Origin: Heterodontus francisci
Taxonomy: Eukaryota
Assembly (NCBI RefSeq): GCF_036365525.1
Contig: NC_090393.1
Span: forward strand, 51,212,904-51,276,903
Length of the DNA stretch: 64,000 bases
Reading direction: 5' to 3'
Shown here in pieces: positions 54,601 through 62,097 of this stretch. The translations under genes and the position numbers were made by a program. The notes under the pieces are model-generated. The model saw only the letters and a list, made by a program, of their open reading frames with translations, was not told the DNA's origin and did no database searches. Within the stretch, counting starts at the first letter, position 1, and each line of letters begins with the position of its first letter.

Positions 54601-57600
54601 AAATTTTCATCTTCGCCACATGGGTGATAATCTGGCAGAGCCACCCGTTAATAGAACATGCCAGGGTCTTCCTTCCATTGGAATAAATGGAATGGAAATG
54701 AGATGAGTTCAGTAATGTTCTGCCAGATTACCGCCCGTGCGGTGAAGATGAAAAGGTACCACAATACAAAAGTAACGATTGTCCCTTTGCCTCTGGGATC
54801 TGGTTGCAGCCTCCAGCCCAGACAGATGGGCTGAAAACCTTAGGTCCTTTGTGTGAAATGAATGTGGGGATGTGAGCTCGGATCATCAAGGAGCACAAAA
54901 CTGGCAACAGTCTAATGTCAGTTGATTCACACTGTCCTGTTAACGTGTCAACATTACAGTATGTTGTACACGTGACTTGCTCCTGGATGCCAAGTTCAGG
55001 TAAATACTCTTAGATACAAACTTGCTTGATATAATCAAACTCTGCCTCACCCTTTTCTCCACCTCCATTGAGCTGAAGAAGATCCCTTGACCCATTCAGT
55101 CTCATTCTTCTAAAATGCCAAACTTGCCCCCTTCCTGTATCAGTGTGCAGCTCCTCTATAAATTGCTCTTCTGCTGTTGCTGTTTTAGTTCGTATTCAAA
55201 TGAGACCACGAGCTGACCCCTGCTGTTGACAAGGCAAAACTCCAGCTCCCTAATCTTGGCAACAGAACGGTAGATCTGGTTCTTTATGCAGCTACAAATC
55301 TGCCATCGGAATACCACCGAATTTGGCAGTGGGAACATAAGGAAATCAGGTCAGGGCACAGATCTCCCAGAAACCAAACCAACCACCAACAGATTAAAAA
55401 AGTTTTAAATGTGTCCAGCGTCCAATCCCAACCATCCTTCCTGGTGGCTGTTCCAGCTGTTTGTCACCCTCAACATTGAGATAATACTTTCAGACATCTG
55501 CCCTAAACAGGCCCTTCACACACGTGCTAAAAGCTGCTTAAATGTAGAGTTGCCAACTCTGGTTGGATGTCTTCCAGTTGGTTTCATCACATGACCTCCT
55601 GCCTCCATTCACTCCGCCCGCCCCACATTCCCGCCATTAATGGCTGCACATGTCCATCCTCGTGGCAAAGTGCTCTCCCACCAATTGAAAAGCAAACAGA
55701 CTCTTTGTTACCTGATTGAATGATTCTTGACTTGCCAGTCAAACAACCTTTTCTCCCATCTCCAATTATTTCTGCCTCTACGATTTTTCTGCAGGACAAT
55801 ACCGGAAGGTTATCAACTTTAATTAAAGGTCAAAGGTCGATTGTTTTTGATGGTAAGCCTGCTTGAGGTGATTTGTATTTGAAATATTTCTTGGTCCCTT
55901 TCCAGGTGGAGTATCTGTCATAATACCCTCGGAAATATTTCTGCAGTCTGACCGGCCAGCTGGCTATGTTATCAATGGCTTCCTCAACTGGTTTGGCCTT
56001 TTCCTCATCGGAATGGTTTTCTCGTTCATGGTTGTAAGTAACTGTCAATATTTTTGAAACAGACTGTTGCTGCAGCTTCCCTTCACAGTTACATCAGTTC
56101 CTTCACAAATCTTACTCATTCCCCACCACGTCACCAGTTCAAACTCAACTTCAATGTCTCTCTCACTGAGCCTCAATCAATCAGTCCTGTCCTCAGTCTC
56201 ACTCACTGACCCTCCCTCAGTCTCACTCACTGACCCTCACTCAGTCTCACTCACTGACCTACCCTCAGTCCTGTCCTCAGTCTCACTCACTGACCCTCCC
56301 TCAGTCCTGTCCTCAGTCTCACTCACTGACCCTCCCTCAGTCTCACTCACTGACCCTCACTCAGTCTCACTCACTGACCCTCCCTCAGTCCTGTCCTCAG
56401 TCACACTCACTGACCCTCCCTCAGTCTCACTCACTGACCCTCACTCAGTCTCACTCACTGTCCTACCCTCAGTCCTGTCCTCAGTCTCACTCACTGACCC
56501 TCCCTCAGTCCTGTCCTCAGTCTCACTCACTGACCCTCCCTCAGTCTCACTCACTGACCCTCACTCAGTCTCACTCACTGACCCTCCCTCAGTCCTGTCC
56601 TCAGTCTCACTCACTGACCCTCCCTCAGTCTCACTCACTGACCCTCACTCAGTCTCACTCACTGACCTACCCTCAGTCCTGTCCTCAGTCTCACTCACTG
56701 ACCCTCCCTCAGTCCTGTCCTCAGTCTCACTCACTGACCCTCCCTCAGTCTCACTCACTAACCCTCACTCAGTCTCACTCACTGACCCTCCCTCAGTCCT
56801 GTCCTCAGTCTCACTCACTGACCCTCCCTCAGTCTCACTCACTGACCCTCACTCAGTCTCACTCACTGACCTACCCTCAGTCCTGTCCTCAGTCTCACTC
56901 ACTGGCCCTCCCTCAGTCCTGTCCTCAGTCTCACTCACTGACCCTCCCTCAGTCTCACTCACTGACCCGCCCTCAGTCCTGTCCTCAGTCTCACTCACTG
57001 ACCCTCCCTCGGTCTCACTCACTGACCCTCACTCAGTCCTGTCCTCAGTCTCACTCACTGACCCTCCCTCAGTCTCACTCACTGACCCGCCCTCAGTCCT
57101 GTCCTCAGTCTCACTCACTGACCCTCCCTCAGTCTCACTCACTGAACCTCACTCAGTCTCACTCACTGACCTACCCTCAGTCCTGTCCTCAGTCTCACTC
57201 ACTGGCCCTCCCTCAGTCCTGTCCTCAGTCTCACTCACTGACCCTCCCTCAGTCTCACTCACTGACCCGCCCTCAGTCCTGTCCTCAGTCTCACTCACTG
57301 ACCCTCCCTCGGTCTCACTCACTGACCCTCACTCAGTCCTGTCCTCAGTCTCACTCACTGACCCTCCCTCAGTCTCACTCACTGACCCGCCCTCAGTCCT
57401 GTCCTCAGTCTCACTCACTGACCCTCCCTCAGTCCTGTCCTCAGTCTCACTCACTGACCCTCCCTCAGTCCTGTCCTCAGTCTCACTCACTGACCCTCCC
57501 TCAGTCTCACTCACTGACCCTCCCTCAGTCCTGTCCTCAGTCTCACTCACTGACCCATCCTTCACACTGTTTTCTTTTTTTCTTTCATCACTGGCTGTGT

Positions 57601-57837
57601 CTGTTTCTGTTGTAGGACATTCTGGGCTACCTCTGCTTCCTGATATTCTGTGGAGTCTGTTTCATGCTCACCATCATGGGGTATTTCATTCTGCTGGAAA
57701 CAAGGGGTAAGACGCCACTGGAAATCGCTGAGGAATTCAAGAACAGAAAGCTCTGGAAAAACCCACCGCTCTGGGTCTCACCTAATGGGACAATCCCCCA
57801 AAATACAGTTGAGATCATCATGTCAACTGCATTGTAA
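3518..57837 (+). CDS. slc2a11: SLC2A11/GLUT11-like facilitative hexose transporter, 11 coding exons in window (5'-most exon with ATG not found)
   Basis: Manually spliced exons of 99,161,125,130,149,188,111,102,76,128,222 nt sum to 1491 nt with compatible phases and no internal stop. Sugar-porter motifs are present: GRK, E..P..LRG, PESPRYL, QLSGIN, ERAGRK, G.GP, ET.GK. The C-terminus IMSTAL resembles human GLUT11 IQSTEL (recalled). Exact paralogue uncertain. Confidence 0.9.
3895..4220 (+). mobile_element. DeuSINE-like (SacSINE1-type) SINE with L2-like tail
   Basis: gatgagatgttaaactgaggcc...aaagatcc...gaagagcag core is shared with copies at about 26.6-27.0 kb and 50.2-50.6 kb; family name from recall. 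Confidence 0.65.
4668..4828 (+). CDS. slc2a11: SLC2A11-like exon (N-glycosylated loop, TM2): [15 protein letters not shown]...[27 protein letters not shown](R)
   Basis: ttgcag| acceptor, |gtaaga donor, 161 nt; carries the NET sequon typical of class I/II GLUT loop 1. Confidence 0.92.
5080..9830 (-). mobile_element. L2 LINE, degenerate, split by a CR1 insertion (L2 parts about 5080-5387 and 8250-9830)
   Basis: [21 protein letters not shown] and LWNSLP..L...SLSSF..LLKTYLF motifs; (CAA)n tail at about 5080-5100; colinear with the L2 at 32.7 kb across the break. Confidence 0.85.
5388..8235 (-). mobile_element. CR1 LINE, nearly complete but frameshifted ORF2, inserted into L2
   Basis: APE motifs (VYRPP, DFN, LDLV, SDH), RT motifs ([26 protein letters not shown]) and a CR1 3' UTR. 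Confidence 0.92.
10159..10890. mobile_element. Probable GC-rich non-autonomous DNA transposon remnant(s)
   Basis: Abrupt GC/CpG-rich block starting gggcaggaattt, similar to the Harbinger-type termini elsewhere in the window; no credible ORF. Confidence 0.35.
11388..11512 (+). CDS. slc2a11: SLC2A11-like exon (TM3-4): [41 protein letters not shown]
   Basis: tttcag| acceptor, |gtacaa donor, 125 nt; SFEM...R..G motif. Confidence 0.92.
11848..11955. repeat. Minisatellite (ccccctcctgtgacaacattaaact)n
   Basis: About 3-4 copies of a 26-29 bp unit. Confidence 0.85.
14180..16198 (-). mobile_element. 5'-truncated CR1 inserted within the Gypsy RT
   Basis: [22 protein letters not shown] and [15 protein letters not shown] motifs; (tttctatg)n tail; Gypsy RT resumes on both sides (RLPFDI | SAPQF). 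Confidence 0.92.
15149..15480 (-). mobile_element. tRNA-headed V-SINE/HE1-like SINE nested in CR1
   Basis: ggcggcacagtggttagcacc (A box)...gggttcaattct (B box); tgtgtggagtttgca...gggtgctccggtttcctccc core; CR1-like tail; aatat on both flanks. Confidence 0.85.
17161..17255 (+). mobile_element. Penelope-type terminal-repeat fragment carrying a minimal hammerhead ribozyme core
   Basis: ctgaaga-agggtcactgacct-gaaa-cgtt followed by the ctctgcttctc..cacagatgctgccagacctgctgag arm shared with the copies at 23.5, 30.4, 32.2 and 50.8 kb. Confidence 0.6.
17300..17720. repeat. Minisatellite (aacaacattaaactccccc..cctgt)n
   Basis: About 15 degenerate copies; same motif as 11848-11955. Confidence 0.85.
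17845..18085. repeat. Degenerate ~21-22 bp minisatellite (cagtccccttcctgtccagggt)n
   Basis: Repeated gtccccttcctg units. Confidence 0.7.
18212..18341 (+). CDS. slc2a11: SLC2A11-like exon (TM4-5): [44 protein letters not shown]
   Basis: ttgaag| acceptor, |gtcagt donor, 130 nt; MY..E..P..LRG motif. Confidence 0.92.
19083..22040 (-). pseudogene. CR1 ORF2 (AP endonuclease + reverse transcriptase) with one premature stop at 19548-19550
   Basis: [32 protein letters not shown] and FADD motifs. [12 protein letters not shown] continues in the same frame; other copies read RPHLEYC, so GAA>TAA. Confidence 0.93.
22040..22987 (-). CDS. CR1 ORF1 protein (Cys zinc finger, coiled coil, SGNH esterase-like domain), intact, 315 aa
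   Basis: aaaaATGg start (MAGDLRP). Contains CSSC...CRKC, a heptad-like [15 protein letters not shown] segment, and SGNH blocks GDS, GTND and DGLH. Confidence 0.92.
   Translation of the reverse strand: MAGDLRPVSCSSCSMWELRDMADVPDSFTCRKCVQLQLLLDRMTALELRMDSLWSMRDDEEVVDSTFSELVTPQIRIAEGEREWVTKRQRKSRKAAQESPAVISLQNKYTVLDTVEGDGSPGEGSSSQVHGTVAGSAVQKGGKKSGRAIVVGDSIVRGVDRRFCGRKRGSRMVCCLPGARVRDVSDRLQNILKGEGEQPVVVVHIGTNDIGKKRDEVLQAEFRELGAKLKSRTSEVVISGLLPVPRDSQSKNERIVRMNAWLERWCRKEGFRFLGHWDRFWGRWDYYKLDGLHLGRTGTNVLGGAFANAVGEGLN
23166..23472 (-). repeat. Direct duplication of a 147-bp CR1 5' UTR block (period 160)
   Basis: 23166-23312 vs 23326-23472 are identical apart from one position seen (actgtgctcc vs actctgctcc). 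Confidence 0.92.
23528..23660 (-). mobile_element. Penelope-type terminal-repeat fragment (one arm)
   Basis: gcaaaatactgcggatgctggaaatctgaaat...gcagagttaac arm; degraded hammerhead core. Confidence 0.6.
23724..24030. repeat. 42-bp minisatellite (ggggaggctccattcacctgtgagtttccattcatattcatc)n
   Basis: About 7 copies; translates as a 14-aa periodic pseudo-ORF. Confidence 0.9.
26570..27020 (-). mobile_element. DeuSINE-like SINE, near full length
   Basis: Reverse complement of the core seen at 3.9 and 50.2 kb, with a tRNA-like head near 26950-27015 and an L2-like tail. Confidence 0.7.
27590..28260 (-). mobile_element. Harbinger transposon remnant
   Basis: [20 protein letters not shown] resembles IEQAIVLLKMRFCCLDRFS of the Harbinger transposase at 61 kb; boundaries approximate. 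Confidence 0.5.
28345..28487. repeat. Degenerate 22-bp minisatellite (ctcactccagagtggagggtgt)n
   Basis: About 6 copies. Confidence 0.65.
28639..28787 (+). CDS. slc2a11: SLC2A11-like exon (TM6): [49 protein letters not shown]
   Basis: ctccag| acceptor; PESPRYL motif; 149 nt ending at a non-canonical |gcaagt donor, phase-compatible with the next exon. Confidence 0.9.
29996..30183 (+). CDS. slc2a11: SLC2A11-like exon (central loop, TM7): [21 protein letters not shown]...FLQLSGINA
   Basis: tcacag| acceptor, |gtaagt donor, 188 nt; QLSGIN motif. Confidence 0.92.
30418..30605. mobile_element. Penelope-type fold-back element, internally deleted
   Basis: aaaacagaaaatgctgg...ccagcattttctgtttt inverted arms. 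Confidence 0.6.
31482..31531. repeat. (GA)/(GAGATA)n microsatellite
   Basis: Directly visible. Confidence 0.9.
31570..31870 (-). mobile_element. CR1 3'-end fragment
   Basis: acagaatcacagaat tail and gcattccagaccataaccactc (reverse of RVV.VWNALP). Confidence 0.7.
32206..32420. mobile_element. Penelope-type fold-back (palindromic) element
   Basis: About 90-bp inverted arms, aaagtgctggaaatgctcagcaggtctgg / ccagacctgctgagtatttccagcacttt, centred on ttcatcatgaa. Confidence 0.7.
32692..34760 (-). mobile_element. L2 LINE, split by an oppositely oriented CR1 fragment
   Basis: (caa)n tail at 32692; [23 protein letters not shown] and IWNSLP motifs; colinear with the L2 at 5.1/8.3-9.8 kb. Confidence 0.85.
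33630..34350 (+). mobile_element. CR1 3' fragment nested in L2
   Basis: [11 protein letters not shown] and [10 protein letters not shown] motifs; tttctatgtttctatg tail; same subfamily as 14180-16198. Confidence 0.9.
35235..37212. mobile_element. Cluster of short degenerate CR1 and other LINE 3' fragments in both orientations
   Basis: [10 protein letters not shown] at 35.3 kb; minus-strand CR1 pieces at 35.6-36.3 kb; plus-strand pieces at 36.3-36.65 and 37.0-37.2 kb; LINE tail aattagggatgggcaataaatgctggcc at 36.1 kb. Confidence 0.65.
37356..37466 (+). CDS. slc2a11: SLC2A11-like exon (TM7-8): [37 protein letters not shown]
   Basis: ttccag| acceptor, |gtaggt donor, 111 nt. Confidence 0.92.
37824..38502. 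mobile_element. GC-rich Harbinger-type MITE
   Basis: Imperfect TIRs ggctggaattttaag and cgtaaagttctggcc, resembling the TIR of the 59-63 kb Harbinger; internal 29-bp tandem duplication at 38099-38156. Confidence 0.6.
38681..38947. repeat. 46-bp minisatellite, 5.8 near-identical copies
   Basis: Unit cttcacaatctgatgcagtactgcaacggtgcacagtttccaactc starts at 38681, 38727, 38773, 38819, 38865, 38911. Confidence 0.95.
39369..39470 (+). CDS. slc2a11: SLC2A11-like exon (TM9): [34 protein letters not shown]
   Basis: gcacag| acceptor, |gtgagt donor, 102 nt; ERAGRK motif. Confidence 0.92.
39675..40190 (+). mobile_element. Degenerate CR1 3' fragment with an inserted LINE tail (about 39915-39995)
   Basis: tccagaacaagggggtataatcttaaaattag CR1 sequence interrupted by gcaattagggatgggcaat...(A)n. 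Confidence 0.65.
44014..44326 (+). mobile_element. V-SINE/HE1-like SINE inserted in the satellite
   Basis: Same head, core and tail as 15149-15480. Confidence 0.85.
46826..47525 (+). mobile_element. CR1 3' fragment inserted in the satellite
   Basis: [19 protein letters not shown] motif; (actctatg)n tail. Confidence 0.9.
48875..50141. mobile_element. Solo LTR (probably Gypsy) with 4-bp TSD ATGT
   Basis: Starts tgttacga and ends tcataaca (7/8 inverted match, TG...CA); atgt at 48871-48874 and 50142-50145; contains (CA)n and a nested SINE. Confidence 0.8.
49340..49679 (-). mobile_element. V-SINE/HE1-like SINE nested in the solo LTR
   Basis: Third copy of the same SINE, with an A-rich tail. Confidence 0.85.
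50190..50585 (+). mobile_element. DeuSINE-like SINE
   Basis: gggagtgctgcactgttgga...tcagatgagatg...aggatcccatggca core and L2-like tail. Confidence 0.7.
50838..51050. mobile_element. Penelope-type fold-back element with a hammerhead core on the minus strand
   Basis: Inverted arms aaacagaaaa...gagaaacagaattaacatttca / tgaaacattaactctgtttc...ttttctgttt. Confidence 0.7.
51052..51880 (-). mobile_element. Non-LTR retrotransposon 3' part (family distinct from the CR1/L2 copies above)
   Basis: [11 protein letters not shown]...[13 protein letters not shown] post-RT domain; tail gcaattagggat.ggcaa.aaatgctggcc also at 36.1, 39.9 and 63.07 kb. Confidence 0.8.
51925..52410 (+). mobile_element. Degenerate CR1 3' fragment
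   Basis: [27 protein letters not shown] motif. Confidence 0.8.
52722..52797 (+). CDS. slc2a11: SLC2A11-like exon (TM10): [25 protein letters not shown]
   Basis: cctgcag| acceptor, |gtgagc donor, 76 nt; G.GP motif. Too short to appear in the ORF track. Confidence 0.9.
52985..53310. mobile_element. MITE with TAGGGTTG(C/T)CAAC-type terminus (hAT-like), copy 1
   Basis: Homologous to 55545-55821 (gtttcatcacatgacctcc; ccaattg.aaagcaaacaga.tcttt.tta). Confidence 0.6.
53462..53551. repeat. Inverted repeat / hairpin
   Basis: aaatgtcttgctccaagc vs gcttagagcaagacattt (17/18 complementary), extending to about 30-bp arms. Confidence 0.8.
54022..54370 (+). repeat. G/A-rich low-complexity tract with many G3+ runs
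   Basis: Directly visible polypurine tract. Confidence 0.9.
54604..54754. mobile_element. Palindromic MITE
   Basis: 36-bp arms ttttcatcttcgccacatgggtgataatctggcaga / tctgccagattaccgcccgtgcggtgaagatgaaaa differ by transitions; central ttccattggaataaatggaa. Confidence 0.7.
55545..55821. mobile_element. hAT-like MITE, copy 2
   Basis: Starts tagagttgccaac, ends gttatcaacttta; homologous to 52985-53310. Confidence 0.6.
55906..56033 (+). CDS. slc2a11: SLC2A11-like exon (TM11): [43 protein letters not shown]
   Basis: ttccag| acceptor, |gtaagt donor, 128 nt; E.F.Q..RP and NW motifs. Confidence 0.9.
56181..57556 (+). repeat. Highly homogeneous 24/12-bp minisatellite (tcagtctcactcactgaccctccc with interspersed tcagtcctgtcc) filling most of the last intron
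   Basis: Directly visible, about 1.37 kb, no frame-breaking indels. Confidence 0.97.
57616..57837 (+). CDS. slc2a11: SLC2A11-like last coding exon (TM12, C-tail): [41 protein letters not shown]...IMSTAL*
   Basis: ttgtag| acceptor, 222 nt to TAA at 57835-57837; ET.GKT..EI motif. Confidence 0.9.
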   Translation, partial: DILGYLCFLIFCGVCFMLTIMGYFILLETRGKTPLEIAEEFKNRKLWKNPPLWVSPNGTIPQNTVEIIMSTAL

Positions 57838-59480
57838 CCTGTGGAAAAGGTCCTACTGGAGCAATAGGAAGAAGTTTTGAACTCAGCTGTCACGCTTTGC
57901 TTTATACTGTATAATAAGCCCCCAGCTCCCACCACATGGAGATTCCCTACTTCTTTTTAATTTGTATAACTAATCATTCCACTGCTGAATGACAGATAGT
58001 CAGCTGAGGCAGTCACCTGGAGGGAATGCTCCTTTTAAGCTGCTGCTGAAGAATCACACTCTACTTGCTCACGTGCCAGTGTTTAGGATGTGGTTTAATT
58101 ATGTTTATCACAGGTCTTTTTTTTAAGATTCATAGTTTTTTTTCAAACTCGATTAAGTGTGCAAGAGATCTATGACAGAGTAGTGCCAGCATTCTGGGTA
58201 AGGTACATTACCACGGCAGCACAGGTCTTTCACAATAATTTTATCAGATGCAGTCTGATTGAGTGTTGCTGGCAGTATTCTTCCTTACTCTAGGACTGTT
58301 ATGCACATGTGGGTGTCTCTGCTACAGTGGTGCTGTTACTCCCCTGGGAGTTATCTTATAAGTTAAATATGAATCAGGTTGGTACAGCTCATGCTGTCTG
58401 CTCTACTGTTGTTGTTATTCTCAGCTTTCAAAAATAGGTAGCATAACCACTTCTATTAAGTATCTCCAGCAGGACAGTGTTGGACTCCCAAGAATTCTTA
58501 GGTCCCTTGTCTCAACTGCTTCATCAATGTTCAGGAGTGGGATTGTTTTCAGACTTGGACGGACCAGTGGCTGCAATGTGTAACATCCGCATGATGCATT
58601 GCAGCAACTCGCCAAGGCTGCTTCGACTGTGTTGGACTACTTTCTTGTTCTAATTCATCTCGTTAGTTTAAACACCAGAGTACACACCCATGGAGTTGTA
58701 ACAATGCAGGGTCAGCTTTTTATTGAGACATAATACTACATAATTGTATAAGTGCTGCATACAAAGTCTCACTCACACTTTTTATACCAATTTTATCTTT
58801 GATCCCTATATTCCATACATATTAATGAATCATAGTACATCAAAGATACAGAGAAGTGACATCAGAATAATAACACAAAGCCAACATTTAACTCTTCTCA
58901 ATTTCTTCCAATCATCCTGCTGCTATAGTTATATTGCTCGGTTAAGCTTTTTCCATCATTTTATTGCCAGGTTATATTGTCTTCATAAACTCTTCCCATT
59001 CCTGTAAGCACAGGTGGCCAAGCTAACATATTCCAAACCATCACTGATATGGCTAGAAGACTTTCACACATTCCATCATCCTCCTTATCTGCGAAGATAT
59101 CCTTACCTTATGCCCGCTCACACAATACATCCCAAGTTCAGAAGAAAGCTGTTTAACTCATCAGGCTGAATTTAGTGAACCCGCCATGGGTCCCAGCGGC
59201 GGACCTGCCGGTGTGCGCCATTCCGGCTAGTTATGTGGGCAGTCGGTACACAACGATCATAATGGAGGCAAGGGGCCCGGCCAATCACACAGCGGGGGCG
59301 GGATGCATAACAGCACATACAGCGCGGATGACTCTGGAGCAACTGCTGGCGCCATATTTAAAGCCCTGCCAGTCCTGCTTGCATTGCTCCCTTGCACTCA
59401 TTTGCTGATAGCTCGTCACATCTGAGACCAGTGTTGCAGTGACTCTGGACCCCCCACATTCCTGAGGCAGACCCCACAGG

Positions 59481-60845
59481 ATGGCAGAGGCAAGACACCG
59501 GGTGGCCCCACAGTTTAGTGATGCTTCCCTCCCGATTCTCCACCTGGCTGCAAGAGAAAGGCGGGTGGTCCTCTTTCCCAGAGACGGGAAGAAGAGATCC
59601 TCCAGGATGAGCAAGCAAACCTGGATAGAGATCGCTGAGGAGGTCAGCAGCCATGGGATCACCCCCCAGAACTGGGTACAGTGTCACAAGAGGGTCAATG
59701 ACCTCCTTCATTCTGCCAAGGTGAGTGCTCCACACCTCCCTCCTTGCAAGTGGCTACGTAGGAGGAAGCAGGACATGGGAAGGGAGGCACTATAACTGCA
59801 TTGGCAGAGGGGGTTAGGCATCGCCTCATCCTGTCAGATGCATAGCTGCATCTCGGCCACAGGCCACCCTCTTTCACAGCTCACCCCCATTAACTCTTCT
59901 GAGAGTGGACGGAAGCATGAGCTATAGAAGAAACCCCAGTAGCAGATGAGGGGCTGACACTAGCAAAACTGTTTTGTTGATCTCGCTGTAAAGTATGACT
60001 ATCTCCCTCTTTCCACTTGCAGGATAAGAAGGCCCGTAACAGGAGGGAGACAACCCGAATGGCAGAGGCATCCCAGATCTTTGGCTTCTCTCCATTGCAG
60101 AGGCGGAGGCATTAGAATTGATAGGGACCCAGGGCGGTCACTCAATATCAGATAGAGAGACTGGAGTCTCCGCACAAGAGAGTGAGGATTGAATTCCATC
60201 GACATACAGTTCACTTCTGGAGACCCACATCACGTCTGGTTGGCATGACGAGATCTGCACAGCCTAAACCACACGTGTTTTTGGGTTCTCTCATGCAGGT
60301 CGGCGTCTGCAGGAGACTCAAGCAGAAGGGGGACAGCCGTCAACCTCTGAGGAGGAACCGCAGTCAGAAGAAGCACTGTCACACGACTCTGCTGCACCTT
60401 CCACCAGCACAGATACTTACACCTCGGTGGGTATCCCTCGGCTATAGAAACAGGGTCACAAGCTGGTGACAGCGCCGCACATGCACCTGAGCAGCTGGCT
60501 GATGCTGAGACAGCCGAGGCCTCTGACAGTCAGAGGACTGTGAGTGGCTAGGCCCATGCTGAGCCCCAGTCTGATGACGAGCCTCTGGTGTCGACAGCAC
60601 AGGACATGCTAGAGTTGCAGAGAAAGTTAAGGCAACATCTGGCAGAGATGCCAGAGGGAATGCGCAACCATGAGCGGATGGTGAAGGAGTCCATCCATGT
60701 CATAAGTGCTACCACGTCTCAGGTATGTGAGTGCATGGCTTCCTCCATCAAGAGGTTGGCGACCCTCATACAGAGCCAGATCCCACAAATGCGCATGGAC
60801 CTGCACACCATCGCCTTGGCCATGAGCTCCACGCAGCAGTGGTAA
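59481..60845 (+). pseudogene. Harbinger Myb/SANT-like (trihelix) DNA-binding protein, spliced, with degenerate downstream exons
   Basis: APQFSD.SL..L......VLFP...W.EIAEEVS......W.QCHKRVNDL in exon 1 (59481-59720, aag|gtgagt); candidate acceptors near 60022 and 60298; stops downstream. Confidence 0.8.
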
Positions 60846-61122
60846 GGGGATAGAAGGACAAGGCGCCTAGAGTCTTCTTCAGCTCATCATCCTTCTCTAG
60901 TGAGCAGGGAGGTTCAAGTGAGTCTTGAAAGGGAGGAGGAGAGGCTGACCTTCACAGCTGGGGGCTGCCCTCAGGGCACTCTGAGTGTGGACAGTAGCTC
61001 CTCAGCCCCTCCGCCAGTGAGCCCAGCTCCAGCAGCCGCTAGAGAGTTCTGTGCTAGTACATCCAGTGCTGCATGCTCATTTCTCCTTGTTGGTGGAGGA
61101 GTGTCGTTCAATCATGTTCTTG

Positions 61123-62097
61123 TCATGCAAGGCCTCTCCCCTCTGCAGTTCCAGATTGTGCAGAGCACAGCAGACCACAATGATATGTGAGACCCTCGCT
61201 GAATCGATCTAGGCAACAGAATCTCATCTTCAGCAGCACAATGGCCTGTTCAATGGTCATTCGGGTGGAGCCATGAGAAGTGCTGTACCTCTCCTTTGCT
61301 GCATTGCAAGGGCTCCTTGCAGATGTCAGCATCCACGTCTTCAATGGGTAGCCCTTGTCCCGAGAATCCATCCTTAAAGGCAAGCAGAGTGTTTGAAAAG
61401 CTGTGGCACCTGGAACTGTCGAAGTACGTAGGCATCATGGCTGTTTCCCGAGAAGCAGGAACACACCTGCAGGAAACACTTTCATTGGTTGCAGACCAGT
61501 TGAACTTTGATTGAATGGAAGTCCTTCCTGTTGATGAAGGCAGCTGGCTGGTCCATGGGAGCCTTGATGGCCACATGTGTGCGACCTATCACACCTTGCA
61601 TCTGGGGGAATCCAGCGATGGCCCTGAATCCGATGGCCCTCTCGGCCTGACTGTTGGGGTCAGTCTGGTGACGTACACAGTCGCCGGCCCTCTTGAATAG
61701 GGCATCGGTCACCTCCTTGACGCAGCGGTGGGCTGCTGCCTGGGAAACCCCACACATTTCCCTGGTGGATGCTTGAAATAATCCAGATGCATCGTAAACA
61801 TTTACTGCCACTGTCATTTTCAGGGCCACGGGCATAGGGTGATCCCCGAATCCCAAGTGTCACAACTCATACTGCAACAGGTCACATAAGTCAGTGACAG
61901 CCTCCCTGAAGAGCCATAGTCTTCGCTGACAATGCCCTTCGGACATTTGGAGGTAGCTGATTCGGGTCCAGTACACTCTCTGGTGCAGGTGAGCTCTTCT
62001 TGGCATGGCCAGCTGCTGCTGCTCTCATCATGGAGTTTCACGGGCAGGCACAGTTGCCTCCTGGCCCTCCCTCTGTTAAAGGCGCTGCATCATGCCA
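61123..62097 (-). pseudogene. Harbinger (HARBI1-like DDE) transposase, frameshifted and with stops
   Basis: GFPQMQGVIGRTHVAIKAP, FINRKDFHSIKVQLVC, SHDAY, DKGYPL and TIEQAIVLLKMRFCCLD motifs; first catalytic Asp appears as Gly. Confidence 0.9.

Noticed and set aside
56067-57710. 547-aa ORF (VSLTDPPS)n resembling a mucin or surface protein
   Set aside because: It is the translation of a 12/24-bp minisatellite inside the last intron, has a TTG start, and is out of frame with the real exon.
61123-62097. Host HARBI1 gene
   Set aside because: It has stops, frameshifts and a lost catalytic Asp, and is enclosed by TIRs, so it is a transposon copy.
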